DNA of 64,000 bases from positions 11,183,950 through 11,247,949 of the forward strand of contig NC_134026.1 in NCBI RefSeq assembly GCF_964204645.1, written 5' to 3'. This document shows, one piece after another, positions 1 through 13,077 of this stretch. A program made the translations under genes and the position numbers. The notes beneath the pieces were generated by a model. That model was not told where the DNA came from and did no database searches. It was given only the letters and a program-made list of their open reading frames with translations. This stretch comes from Tubulanus polymorphus. Taxonomy: Eukaryota > Animalia > Nemertea. Position 1 is the first letter of the stretch, and the number at the start of each line of letters is the position of its first letter.

Positions 1-455
1 GATATTTGTTTCATACACAGGCTCTTTAATTTTCTTTCTTTCCAGCACTAGTGGTATAATATCAACTTATTACACTGTAATGATACAACAAATTTAGCAA
101 CTTGGTGCGGCATGAAGTGTGATTTATGTTAACCTGAATGGTAAATGAGCATATACTTCTAGTCTCGTAAATAAAACGGGTTTCCCACGTCAGGAGCAAA
201 CTCTTGTCCAGAACAACTGCACCGAAAAGATAAGTTATTCCCTAAGAAACGATAAGTATTTCCTAAAATCCACACGGACAGGTATTGAAAAGTGAAGCAT
301 CATTTAAAACAACAGCTGTGAACCCACGATCTTTTTTAACTAGAGCTAAAGAACATCTTTAATTGCAGGTGTCCATCTTAAAGTGATGATATTCAACGAA
401 ATCATTAAAATTCAAAATAACTCTGTATCTACTATCCGGGAGTAAGAATCTCCTG

Positions 456-581
456 GGGCCAGTTGTACAGTCGAGACTTAAGTCCAAAAGTGGTCTTTAA
501 TCTTAAGACTGGTCTCAAGTTCTTAGATTGGCTATAGACTAAATTGGTCTTAATTCTAAGCCATGACTATGCAACTGGCCC
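456..581. mobile_element. 126-bp MITE, PIF/Harbinger-like (CWG target)
   Basis: TIRs GGGCCAGTTGTACAGTC / GACTATGCAACTGGCCC (17 bp, 2 mismatches); CTG duplicated at 453-455 and 582-584, each within CCTGG. Confidence 0.75.
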
Positions 582-2442
582 CTGGACTCAAAATGCATGG
601 CTCAATGGTATTCTGTTCAGCAATTCAGACATGCTATTATTCAGTATTTCCTGTAGAATCACACTGGATACCTCCATATTATATTGTACAGGGAGCAAAC
701 TTAGTTCTATTCAATATCCTGCTGTGGTGCGAAGGATCCACGGTTCAGACGTAATACTAAGCAAATTTTTAAAATGACTCGCTGTTTTCGCAGCCCTATA
801 TTTGCGGGTATTGCGAGTATTCAGTCATCGGGCCTTTCGATTGAATATGTGCCTTACGCATAGGCGGTGCACATTCGTTAATCATAGTGTCGGTAGATCA
901 TAGAAAAGACTATTCGCTTTATACTGATTTGATTCATTTCAGTGATTGCCAAGCGGTTCAAATTCAATTTGCTTAGAGAAGAGAACAAAATACAGGTGTC
1001 GAGCAACCTCTTTGACGTTCCACCAGATGAGTTTGCTAGTACAAGTTGGTAGTGACATTTTGGCCGGCATTATTCGCATGCGATGCTCACACACATCGTT
1101 TGAATAGGATTTTTGTCACGCTGTATGTAAATTAATTATTCTAAGAGAAACATATTATATCTATTCCTTAAAAAATAAAAATAAATGGTACTTATCACAT
1201 TCAAGTAGGCATTCCTTTGCGCGTAACTTCCCGTACGAAAGTTTTTCAAATAAGTGCCAACTGAATACGCGTCGGGCCAAAAATGAAGGTCCCAAGTGAA
1301 CCAACATATGCCCACTCAACTGTGACAATGTGTCATTATATCCGCTTCCACTATATCAGCTATCAGTAATGTATTTGTTTGATATATAGGAAGTCGTTAC
1401 GGGTCGATCACTGTTACGCAACTTAATGAAAATGAAACTGCCCGCTGAGTGTCTCAAATGGGCTAGTAATTTATATCCTATCGTAATGAATAAACGAATT
1501 ATGTTCCATGGAATAAGCCGACTCTAAGTTGTTTCTTAATTCTTATAGTACACATACGTACATGAGTAGGTGTACGTACGTATATACGTACATTCATCAA
1601 TGGTGCGAGTGGTATGAATCATGTGATACATTAGATAAAACGGTAAATACGTATGTAAATCTGTAGATGTATAGCAGTACATTAAGTGGTGTACGGAAAA
1701 CATGAAACGTATGTCTTATCTAAAATCTTTGTTCTTTACGTACGTTATCTAGAGATCGAACGCAACTAAGCTGGTATATAATGTTTATGTCGGATAGACC
1801 TGAAAGTTTTAGTTTTTGGTTTTATATATGAAATCAGTAGACTACTAGTTTTATCAGACATGAACATTGAATATTTTGAAAATGGCATATAGAATTGTCG
1901 GAATGAATCTAGTTGAAACGTCAAACTATCTCTCAGTTTGTTCTTCTTTCTGTGAGTTTGTCAACCTACTGACATTAGAAAGCCATTTGTCTAGGTAAAC
2001 TAAAAGAGGACGGGGTGACTTGTCACAGCAGCTTGATTGCGTGTTTGGGATACTAAACCAGTTATTTTTATGACAAAATATAACGAAAATTACTAAAATA
2101 TAAGTCGTTTTACTGCATTTCCAATCTAATGGCAGTATTTTCAGAGTAAATACATCATGGACATATACTCTTAGGATTTCCATTCCTTTCTAAAACGATA
2201 TCACACCTTTCTCATGCAAGCCCGTAGCCAGGGGGGGGGGGGGGGTCGTTCGTTCGAACGAACGAACGCCCCTTTTTAGAAAGTTGCCCTTCATGATTTT
2301 GGTAATTTCTTAGCCTATGTAACAGGTTCAGAGGCACCACTTGAGATCCAGTGTAGGCTACATCCTACCGGCGACTCAGTGGGCAGTCCGTTTGTTTATA
2401 ATGTTTACAGAAACACATATGGCTCACACAGTTGACGAATCA

Positions 2443-3705
2443 AACTAGGGGTCCAGGGACACCATGCCCACTTGGGAAGTGTTTCCAAATGTTCAACAAT
2501 CTAACAATTTCAATATTCAACGCCCCCTGGCAACCATATACAAAAACCAATGACCTTGAAACTCACCACAATCATAGAACATGTCAGCAGCTACGATTTT
2601 GTAATTGATTGTGATAACAAAATATGCCTCGTTACCAAATTGATATGGAAATACTAAGTTATTCTACTATTCAACGCCCTCTGGAGACCATATTCAAAAC
2701 CCAATGACCTCAAAACTTACCACAATCATAGAACATGTCATGAACTACAACTTTGCAATTGATCATGGTAACAAAATATGCCTAGGTACCAATATAATAA
2801 GGAAATACTAAGTTATTCTACTATTCAACGCCCCCTGGTGACCATATAGAAAAACTAATGTCCTTAAAACTCACAACAATCATAGATGATGTCATGAGCT
2901 ACAACTTTCCAATTGATTGTGGTTACAAAATATGCATAGGTACGAATATAATAAAGAAATGCTAAGATATTGTATTATTCAACGCCCCCTGGTGGCCATA
3001 TACGAAATCCAATTACCTTGAAACTCACCACAATCATAGAACACGTTATGAGCTACAACTTTCTTATTGATTCTGGTAGCAAAATACGCTTAGGTATCAA
3101 TATAGTGTGGAAAAACTTTTTCCCACTTACGAATGAGTACTGCTGACACCAAGATGGCCGCCAATTGCGTCATAATTGGCTGATGAAAAATACCTGTCTG
3201 AGGTATAAAACATCCCTTTCCAAAGAATACCCATCACAAAATGCAATGAGAAATGGTAAACCAGTAGGAAGCTACAGGACTCAGAATTCGGGCAAAAATT
3301 AACATTTTTGGGCACTAAAAAGGTCATAGGACGGCCATCTTGAGTCCGACCGACCCAATTTTTGTTTCGTTGATGGGCCCTGGGGGGATTCATATATATC
3401 CGAAAGATCAAGGTAATTGATCAAAGCGTCTTCAAAATTTCCCTCAAAAAGTTCAAAAATGTGTAAAAAGTGCTGATTTTGGCGAACAACAATGGCTGCC
3501 AGTCAGCCATCATGATTCTGACAGGGCCAGTTTTTGGGCTGAAGATGTGTCTAGTGTAGATACACGTGTAACCCAAATATCAAGACGTTACCTTGAAGCG
3601 TCTTCAAAACTTACCAAAATAACTGGATTCCGTCTACGGACGGACGGACGACGGACGAAAAGTGAACGCAATAGCCCGCTGTGGCTTAAGTCCCAAGTGG
3701 GCTAA
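2443..3705 (-). mobile_element. Helentron-associated HINE/DINE-1-like element, copy 1
   Basis: On the minus strand: T-run, subTIR GCCCACTTGGGA with nearby inverted partner, (GTCC)n microsatellite (~3637-3658), tandem-repeat core, 3' subTIR TCCCAAGTGGGC plus hairpin GGTGTCC-CT-GGACCCC, ending in Ts; no TSD. Confidence 0.8.
2514..3115. repeat. 154-bp tandem repeat (~4 units) inside the HINE
   Basis: TTCAACGCCC anchor at 2516, 2670, 2824, 2978 (period 154); the same unit recurs at ~7790-8525 and ~4400-4730. Confidence 0.9.
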
Positions 3706-4371
3706 AAACTTTTTTCATATTTCTTTAATAACATTTTCATCATAGTATTCTTTTAAATTACATTTCGGAGATTCTATAGATGTTTTTTTAAGAATATTGC
3801 TATAATATAGAATATTTTATAATATACTAGTCACCTTACGTCGGCGAAACAACTACATGCAATGTTCAATGAATGATGGAGGGACCAATTTGGCCTTCAT
3901 GCGTTGGGTGTTTTGAGGATTAAGTACATTTTTTTCAGTGACATTCTATTGTGAATTATTCTCAAATTTGGCCAGAAATGCATCTAAAACGTTTCAAATT
4001 TTCATGGTCGAAGACGCCCAAACCCCCTCGTGGTGCCTCGCATCTGCGTCGCTCGCAGTCGCCACCCAACGCAATCAAATAAGTTCCACCCTCTCTAAAT
4101 TCGCACCAAGCCAAATGATAGGCTGTATACGGGCCTGACTTACTGCATAAATTAGTGGTGAATAAATTTCATTCTTACATTGTTGTTTTTAGTGTGTGGA
4201 ACAGCTATAGAATTATGTTTTTAAGCACAGCCTGGGATACTGAACATGCAAAAGTGCCCTTTTTATAATTTAAGAACGCCCGTTTCAAAATCCTGGCTAC
4301 GGGCTTGTCATGTCCTGTACTCATCCTCTGATAAGGCCACGCATAAGTTCCGCGCACGTCAAAAAGTTCGA

Positions 4372-4732
4372 CAGTTGGTCTAGGTACACCACGCCGACTT
4401 GGGAATTTGTTTGAAATGCTCAACAAGCTACAATTTTGCCATTGATTGTGGCTACAAAATATGCATTGAGACAACACAACATGAAAATACAAAGTTATTC
4501 AGCTATTCAACGCCACCTGGTGACCATATATAAATAAGAATTACTTTGAAACTCACCACAATCATAGAACATGTAACAAACTACTATTTTGCGATTCACT
4601 GCGGTTACAAAATATGCCTGGGCACGTATTGTTGCTATGCGTTGATATTTATTGTGGGATCTCTCGCGTTTAAGCCTGGTTGCCAATACAATATGAAAAT
4701 ACTAAGCTATCCGGCTATTCAACGTCCCCTGG
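4372..4732 (-). mobile_element. Truncated, diverged HINE copy
   Basis: Degenerate terminal motif GGTCTAGGTACACCACGCCGACTTGGGAA followed by 154-bp-unit sequence; cut off at a CAGTGGCGGATCC-type terminus at 4733. Confidence 0.6.
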
Positions 4733-5575
4733 CAGTGGCGGATCCAGCCTACCGCGAGTTCCGCTTGAGCGTTACTTTTTAGGCCAGCCGTGGGCTGAGC
4801 CTATTACTATACAAATGGAGCGAAAATAAATGACATGGTTTCCAGAGCAAAGGCTCTTTGAGTGTGCAACTGGGCATATATTCATACAGATCATTCATTA
4901 AAGCATTATCCATTCTCCAAACTCTACGTAGCTGAATTTTGAAAGAGGGCTTCGTTGAATTTTATATGAGCTTTTTCGCGAATATCTGATCGCAAAAATA
5001 TTGGTTTTGAAAAGCCAATCAGAAAGCAACTATGATTGGCTTAGCCGCAGAAATCAGCAGGTGTTCGCGTGAACCCGCGGTATCGTCTACCGTTTTACTT
5101 CCAGGTTTTATTTTATATCTAAAATTGTATTTTAAGATCGATTTCTGTGAAAGCTTTGAGTTGATTTGGTTTTTGGGAAGAATATTTTTATTAGTACTAC
5201 AGAAAATATCATTGACTATCGTGCGGGAAAGAGTCCCGAGTCCGAGAAAAATAGCTTTTTCTCAAATCGGTTAGATGGACCTTGATTAGCTAATTAATGC
5301 TAATTAGCCATGTGCTCAAACTACAAATTCAATCAAATTTTTTTCTGCAATAGATATCAAATCCAATTCAATTTTACTTTATTGAACAAATAAAAAAAAA
5401 GATTTATCTGAGGTATTTGTTCCTGCCAGATCCAGTCGCTGTCCGTGCTACTTTTGTATTCTACGATTGTATTGTGTAAATTATTAGATATTGACTTTGG
5501 CTGGGAGTGTATTTTGACAAATTTAACCCACAGAATGCATCATCATTTGCCATTTTATAACTAGGGGTCCAGGGA

Positions 5576-7717
5576 GGGTGTCACTAAACCTAAGACCCCA
5601 TAAACCTAAGACCTAAGACCCGTTAGGTCTTATGTTTAGGGGGTCTTAGGTTTAGTGACACCTATATATGATATACTAAACCTAAGACCCATAAACCTAA
5701 GACCTAAGTCTTAGGCCATTATTTGTGTACGTTAGACTATTCAAAATGGTTCTAATATATAGATATTAGTTAAAATGATCCATCGATGGCCTATTTAAAT
5801 TTGGCTCATTTATCAGAGACGAGATATTTGGGGGTCTTAGGTTTATGGGTCTTAGGTTTAGTATATTATATATAGGTGTCACTAAACCTAAGACCCATAA
5901 ACCTAAGACCCGACTCTAAATCATTATTTGTGTACTTTAGACTTTTCGAAATGGTTCTAATATATAGATATTAGTTAAAATGATCCATCGATGGCCCATT
6001 TAAATTAGGTTTATTTATCAGAGACGAGATATTTGAGGGTCTTAGGTTTATAGGTCTTAGGTTTAGTATATTATATATAGGTGTCACTAAACCTAAGACC
6101 CATAAACCTAAGACCCGACTCTAAATCATTATTTGTGTACTTTAGACTATTCAAAATGGTTCTAATATATAGATATTAGATAAAATGATCCATCGATGGC
6201 CCATTTAAATGAGTTTATTTATCAGAGACGAGATATTTGAGGGTCTTAGGTTTATGGGTCTTAGGTTTAGTATATTATATATAGGTGTCACTAAACCTAA
6301 GACCCATAAACCTAAGACCCGACTCTAAGTCATTATTTGTGTACTTAAGACTATTCAAAATGGTTCTAATATATAGATATTAGTTAATGATCCATCGATG
6401 GCCTATTTAAATTTGGTTTATTTATCAGAGACGTATTTGAGGGTCTTAGGTTTATAGGTCTTAGGTTTAGTATATTATATATAGGTGTCACTAAACCTAA
6501 GACCCATAAACCTAAGACCCGACTCTAAATCATTATTTGTGTACGTTAGACTATTCAAAATGGTTCTAATATATAGATATTAGTTAAAATGATCCATCGA
6601 TGGCCTATTTAAATTTGGTTCATTTATCAGAGACGAGATATTTGGGGGTCTTAGGTTTATGGGTCTTAAGTTTAGTATATTATATATAGGTGTCACTAAA
6701 CCTAAGACCCATAAACCTAAGACCCGACTCTAAATCATTATTTGTGTACTTTAGACTTTTCGAAATGGTTCTAATATATAGATATTAGTTAAAATGATCC
6801 ATCGATGGCCCATTTAAATTAGGTTTATTTATCAGAGACGAGATATTTGAGGGTCTTAGGTTTATGGGTCTTAGGTTTAGTATATTATATATAGGTGTCA
6901 CTAAACCTAAGACCCATAAACCTAAGACCCGACTCTAAATCATTATTTGTGTACTTTAGACTATTCGAAATGGTTCTGATATATAGATATTAGTTAAAAT
7001 GATCCATCGATGGCCCATTTAAATTAGGTTTATTTATCAGAGACGAGATATTTGAGGGTCCTAGGTTTGTGGGTCTTAGGTTTAGTATATTATATATAGG
7101 TGTCACTAAACCTAAGACCCATAAACCTAAGACCCGACTCTAAATCATTATTTGTGTACTTTAGACTATTCGAAATGGTTCTGATATATAGATATTAGTT
7201 AAAATGATCCATCGATGGCCCATTTAAATTAGGTTTATTTATCAGAGACGAGATATTTGAGGGTCTTAGGTTTATGGGTCTTAGGTTTAGTATATTATAT
7301 AAAGGTGTCACTAAACCTAAGACCCATAAACCTAAGACCCGACTCTAAATCATTATTTGTGTACGTTAGACTATTCAAAATGGTTCTAATATATAGATAT
7401 TAGTTAAAATGATCCATCGATGGCCTATTAAAATTTGGTTTCTTTATCAGAGACGAGATATTTGGGGGTCTTAGGGTTATGGGTCTTAGGTTTAGTATAT
7501 TATATATAGGTGTCACTAAACCTAAGACCCACAAACATAAGACCTGGCTCTAATTCGTTATTTGTGTACTTTGGACGAGATATTTGGGGGTCTTAGGTTT
7601 ATGGGTCTTAGGTTTAGTATATCATATATAGGTGTCACTAAACCTAAGACCCCCTAAACATAAGACCTAACGGGTCTTAGGTCTTAGATTTAGGGGGTCT
7701 TAGGTTTAGTGACACCC
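5576..7717. mobile_element. Foldback/Mutator-like non-autonomous element with ~130-bp TIRs and 10-bp TSD
   Basis: Termini GGGTGTCACTAAACCTAAGACC / GGTCTTAGGTTTAGTGACACCC; GGTCCAGGGA duplicated at 5566-5575 and 7718-7727; removing it restores the HINE end seen in copy 1. Confidence 0.9.
5676..7620. repeat. ~205-bp tandem array (~9 units), each unit bounded by ~30-bp inverted repeats
   Basis: ACTAAACCTAAGACCC anchor at 5881, 6086, 6290, 6490, 6695, 6900, 7105, 7310, 7515; each unit ends in GGGTCTTAGGTTTATGGGTCTTAGGTTTAGT. Confidence 0.95.
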
Positions 7718-9484
7718 GGTCCAGGGACACCATGCCCACTTGGGAAGTGGTTTCAAATGCTCAACAATCTATCAATTTCAATACATAATGCCCCCTAGTG
7801 ACCATATACAAAAACAAATGACCTTGAAACCCACCAAAATCATAGAACATGTCAGCAGCTATGATTTTGTAATTGATTGTGATAACAAAATATGCCTCGT
7901 TACCAATTTAATATGGAAATACTAAGTTATTCTACTATTCAACGCCCTCTGGTGACCATATGCAAAACCCAATGACCTTAAAACTCACCACAATCGTAGT
8001 ACATGTCATGAAATACAACTTAACAATCGATCATGGTAACAAAATATGCCTAGGTACCAATCTAAGTAAATACTAAGCTATTCTACTATTCAACGCCCCC
8101 TGGTGACTATATGGAATAACTAATGTTAACTCACCACAATCATAGACGATGTCATGAGCTACAACTTTGCAATTGATCGTGGTAACAAAATATGCCTAGG
8201 TACCAATCTAATAAGGAAATACTAAGTTATTCTACTATTCAACGCCCCCTGGTGACCATATAGAATGACTAATGCCCTTAAAACTCACCAAAATCATGGA
8301 AGATGTCATGAGCTTCAACTTTGGAATAGATTGTGGTAACAAAATATGCATAGGTACAAATATAATATAGAGTACTAAGCTATTGTATTATTCAACGCCC
8401 CCTGGTGGCCACATACAAAAACCAATGACCTTGAAACTCACCCAAAACATAGAACACGTCATGGGCTACAACTTTCCAATTGAATATAGTAACACTATTT
8501 GCTTAGGTGTCAATTTAATGTGGAAAAACTTTTTCCCACCTACGAATGAGTACTGATGACACCAAGAAAGCCGCCAATTGCGGCATAATTGGCTGATCAA
8601 AAATACCTGTCTCAGGTATAAAACATCCCTTTCCAAAGAATACCCATCACAAATTGCAATGAGAAATGGCAAACCAGTAGGAAGCTACAGGACCTAGAAT
8701 TCTGGCCAAAATTGACATTTTAGGGCACTAAAAAGGTCATAGGACGGCCATCTTGAGTCAGATCGACCCATCTTATGCTAATGGGCCCTTGGTAGATTCA
8801 AATATAAACGAAAGATCAAGGTAATTGATCAAAGCGTCTTCAAAATTTCCCTCGAAAGCTTCGAAAATGTGTAAAAAGTGCTGATTTTGGCAAACAACAA
8901 TGGCTGCCAGTCAGCCATCTTGAATCTGACAGGGCCATTTTTTGGATTGAAGATGTGTCTAGGGTAGATACATGTATAAACCAAATATCGAGACATTACC
9001 TTGAAGCGTCTTCAAAACTTCCAAAAATAACTGGATTCTATCTACGGATCGGACGGACGAACGGACGGACGGAAAGTGAACGCAATAGCCCGCTGGGACT
9101 AAAGTCCCAATTGGGCTAAAAATCTGACAGGCTGGCCATAGTGCCCCTTAGGGCTTTGTTTTTCCTACATTTTTCTTCAATGAGTCAATATTTGCCTAAT
9201 GTGACTTTACAGGCAAACTGTTTCTCTTTGCGATAACTGGTAAGTGGTAGTGAATCGCTGCACCATACACTCATGGCTCACGGTTTGAGTGATTTTTAGC
9301 GGTAATTCCTATCTTGAAATTGCTGAGCGTCTTAGAGGATCTAAAATTTCAAATTTCAAATATCTGTGGCTTCGGCAAGCTACTCGGGGGACACAATATT
9401 ACTTTGAGCAGTACTCAAGAAGTAGTATAGAATTCAAATATTAAGACGATAAGTTAAAACCTGCTTATATTTTCCTTAAAAAAA

Positions 9485-10060
9485 CCTTTTTCCCCCTATG
9501 AATGAGCACTGATGACGCTAAGATGGCTGCAAAGTGCGTAATAAGTAGCTGATCAAAAATACCTGCCTCATGTATTAAAGTTCCACTTCCATACAATACT
9601 ATAATGCTATAAAATACTACAGTATATAAATTGCAATGCAGATTGGCAAACCAGTAGGAAGCAACAGGACCAAAATTGACATTTATGGCACAAAAAAGTT
9701 CACAGGACGGTCATCCTGCTATCCGATCAACCCAATTGTTTTTTTATGCTGATGCACCCTTAGGGGATATAAATATATACGAAAGATCAAGGTAATTGAT
9801 CGAAAGGTCTTCAAAATTTCCATCAAAAACTTCAAAAATATGTAAAAAAGTGCTCTTTTCGGGGAAGAAAATTGCGTGCCAGTTGACCATATTGATTCTG
9901 ACCAGGCCAGTTTTGGCGCCGAAGATGTGTCTAGGGCAGATACATATATAAACCAAATATGAAGACAATCCATAGATGCGTCTTCAAAACTTCCCAAAAT
10001 TATTGGATTCCCTCTACGGACGGACGAACGGACGAACAGACTAGTCCCAAGTGGGCTAAA
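9485..10060 (-). mobile_element. Partial HINE copy 3
   Basis: Similar to 3115-3705; ends CGGACGGACGAACGGACG...AGTCCCAAGTGGGCTAAAA. Confidence 0.75.
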
Positions 10061-10189
10061 AGCCTTTTCCTTTCTACGATTTCGGACTGATTACACTGAG
10101 ATGGTTTATCGATTGCGTGATGATAACTGACTGATCGAAAAATCCGTTGATATATGCTCCTAAGATCCATTCCAAAAGTATACGTACCC

Positions 10190-10620
10190 ATCATGAAAAA
10201 AACGGAAAACCATTAAGGAGCTACAGGTCTTGGAATTCAGAGCAGAAATGACGTTATTGGCTTCAAAATAGGTAATAGAGCGGCCATATTGTGTCTGATC
10301 GACCCAATTTGTCTTATGTTGATGGGGCATCGGGGCATATACAACCATATTTGAATGATCAAGAGGATTGTGTGAAGCGTCTTCGAAATGTCCCTTGAAA
10401 ACCTTAAAACGGCAAAAAGTGCGTTTTGAGCAAACAAAATGGCCATCTTGAATCTGATCGGGCCAGATTTTGGGCTGCAAACGTGTCTAGGGTAGACACA
10501 TGGATAAACCACATAAGGTATCAAGAAAATCCATTGAAGCATCTTCAAAACCCCCAAGATGACTAGATGAATGACGGACGAAAAGTGAACGCTATCGCCC
10601 GCTGGGACATAAGTCCCAAT
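10190..10620 (-). mobile_element. Partial, diverged HINE copy 4
   Basis: Similar to 3240-3700; ends GACGGACGAAAAGTGAACGCTATCGCCCGCTGGGACATAAGTCCCAA. Confidence 0.7.
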
Positions 10621-12229
10621 GAAACCAAGCTAAGACTCGGTATAATTTTTTTGCGGGACAGGCGCCCATATACATGAAGTTTACACAATGCACATTATCT
10701 AATACATGGACGTACAAAGTAGATATCTATTGAATGTAGTTAGTTTAGTTTTAGCTCGTTTATACGTCCAAGACTAATGCAATTAACAATGCCGGCCGAC
10801 GTTACATACCTTACAAAGATTTATCAACTAATTCTGCTCACCATTCATAACACCAGGTTGTTACTGCTTTACACACAAAAGCGTTGTATCGTTTTGTACT
10901 AATCTACTTATTTTCTGAGGAATTCGGTCAGCTCAGTACATAACCGGTAAGAATCATTCAAATTGCGTTATTACGACCGCCAAGAAATTCCGACACTGAT
11001 CGTGTGCGATGTATATATACATATATACAGTACACTATATACGTACATCATGTACAACTACGTATACTGTAGCTAAACCGACCTAAAGGTCTTTGAAATA
11101 TGACCACGATCTACATGTATTTTGAATCAAATACGGTTTTTATATACAGAGAGAACGTCCTCTTTTACGTATTAATACCTGATTTCCCTAATGTTGCATT
11201 AATCTACTATATCGATGCGGCGATGAACACTACGTATGCAGGCCTGTCGCCTACACTACTCGATCGAGCGAATAAAACAGTGAAATACGTACATTGAACG
11301 GTGACCCATTTCGAAACAGCATTGGCAATATGAGACGTCACCAGCTGTTTCGATCTATGTGGGATATCTGGAGTATGTATAACCTACCTTAGCTTATTTT
11401 GATAATGCAAAGTTCAAGAAAATATTATACGTGTTGATCATTGGCCACAAGTTTTAGTTGGGTTTTATAAAACACCAACGATTAGGTATGAGCTTTTAAT
11501 TAGATTCCGTGTTTGAAGTGTAAATACAACGTACTTCAATACGTGAGACTTATTTAGTTTTTAGACACAACATTTTCTTGACGTCATACATTATACTTAC
11601 TCAAAATAGATATGCAAGGAAATCTTCTTGGAAATAACTATAATTACCCAATACCTACACAAATATATTTCAACTCTCACACATATCTATGTAACAGTAT
11701 ATATACTAGATTTTTCGTTTATTTAGTATGGGAATCGTCGTTATATAGAGGCCATACCTGATTACCAAATTTTTTCTAGGGAGGGCCCCCATACCCCCGT
11801 ACGGTACAGTTCCAGCCAAATTGAATGCGTATAATGGGAAAGCAACAATTTCGAGTTTCATTGAATTTCTCGTACGATCTAGAAATTAACAGATCGTTGT
11901 TGGAAATACATTATTCGTCGTTTAAACATGTTAAATGGTTTTCAAGAAATTAAGAAAGAACGTTAAGTGTTCGGTCATTTCCTAACCCAAAATGTTGATA
12001 TCCAATTACAGCTTCGTTCATTAGTAATGGTCTACGAGACTTGTTCAGCGATCCTAGAACGAAATAACTATACAATACATGATATGCAATCTTTGCAAAA
12101 AAATTGGCGGGCCCTTCTGCATCCACCTCTGTCTACCAGCAGGTATGAGGGCTTTCAACCGCGGATTGATACAGTATTATTTGGCAATGTCTATTTTCCT
12201 TGTCCTATACGTAGGCCATATGTCGTATA

Positions 12230-12420
12230 TACGGAGCCCCGAAGCTGTCATGGTGAAAAATAAATCTCTTTTTTTGTGGGAATGAAATAATCTTTTCGCT
12301 CGAACGAAATCTATTTCGTGAGAATGAAATGATTTTTCCGTTTGGACAAAATAACGTTTTTGGTGGCAACGAAAATGTGTGACATGGAGACATGGTGAAA
12401 ATTGTTGTTTCCTTACTAAA
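12230..12420 (+). mobile_element. Left end of a TACGG-terminal (IS3EU-like) non-autonomous element, truncated
   Basis: Starts TACGGAGCCCC (the same start occurs at 53089) and is followed by CGAACGAAA-type subrepeats; no right end found. Confidence 0.4.
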
Positions 12421-12800
12421 CACTGTGGGTTAGGGGCGACTCACTGGCAATTAATCCCAGCCGTTTACAACTCAAGTCATTATCCATTATCCCATATTCA
12501 ACCCTCCCCGAGGGTCGTCGTTAGTTTCAAGACGAGTTTGTCGATGACGTCATATGTAAATAATAACATCACCACGTGTCTACTCACTTTTCGGTAAGAA
12601 CACGACACATTAAAATATTGTGGGCTCCCCGCCAAGATGGCTAATAATCAAAAAATGAGTCACAGTTTTGCGGTACCCAGTTTTGCTGATGTTTCACAGC
12701 AAATAGCCGATCACGAACGCGAAACAGCAGCTCATTTTACGATCGAGCACAAAGATATAAGGTTGTCGGAAATATAGGTAGGCCTACTGCTTGATACTGG

Positions 12801-13072
12801 CGCTGGCGGTATTCAACTTCAAATTCTACTAATAAAAAAGTTAGGTCCAACATTGGCAACAAGTTCCAAATCCAAGCTCTCGACTAGGCCTACTAAATTA
12901 TCATAAGACTATATTAGTCAAGCATTCAGAAGCACTCACTCAAATTATCATAAGACTATACTAGTCTTATGATAATTTAGTAGGCCTAGTCGAGAGCTTG
13001 GATTTGGAACTTGTTGCCAATGTTGGACCTAACTTTTTTATTAGTAGAATTTGAAGTTGAATACCGCCAGCG
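12801..13072. repeat. Perfect inverted repeat, 111-bp arms with 50-bp spacer, in transposase intron 1
   Basis: 12801-12911 is the reverse complement of 12962-13072. Confidence 0.9.
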
Positions 13073-13077
13073 GATTC

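Larger units (their letters stand above)
2217..4307. mobile_element. Non-autonomous TIR element with 5-bp TSD (hAT5-like), carrying a nested HINE
   Basis: Perfect 16-bp TIR CAAGCCCGTAGCCAGG / CCTGGCTACGGGCTTG; TCATG duplicated at 2212-2216 and 4308-4312. Superfamily inferred from TSD length and CA terminus. Confidence 0.75.
5559..9120 (-). mobile_element. HINE-like element, copy 2, interrupted by a foldback element
   Basis: AACTAGGGGTCCAGGGA at 5559 resumes as GGTCCAGGGACACCATGCCCACTTGGGAAG at 7718; 154-bp units, (GGAC)n at ~9045-9072 and the same terminus as copy 1. Confidence 0.85.

Noticed and set aside
4733-5095. CAGTGGCGGATCC-type MITE
   Set aside because: Right TIR too degraded and no TSD.
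5676-7620. CRISPR-like appearance of regularly spaced palindromic repeats
   Set aside because: The intervening sequences are near-identical rather than unique spacers; no cas genes; eukaryotic context.
544-12000. Numerous 60-106-aa ORFs
   Set aside because: They lie within repeats or use non-ATG starts and show no domain motifs; consistent with chance ORFs.
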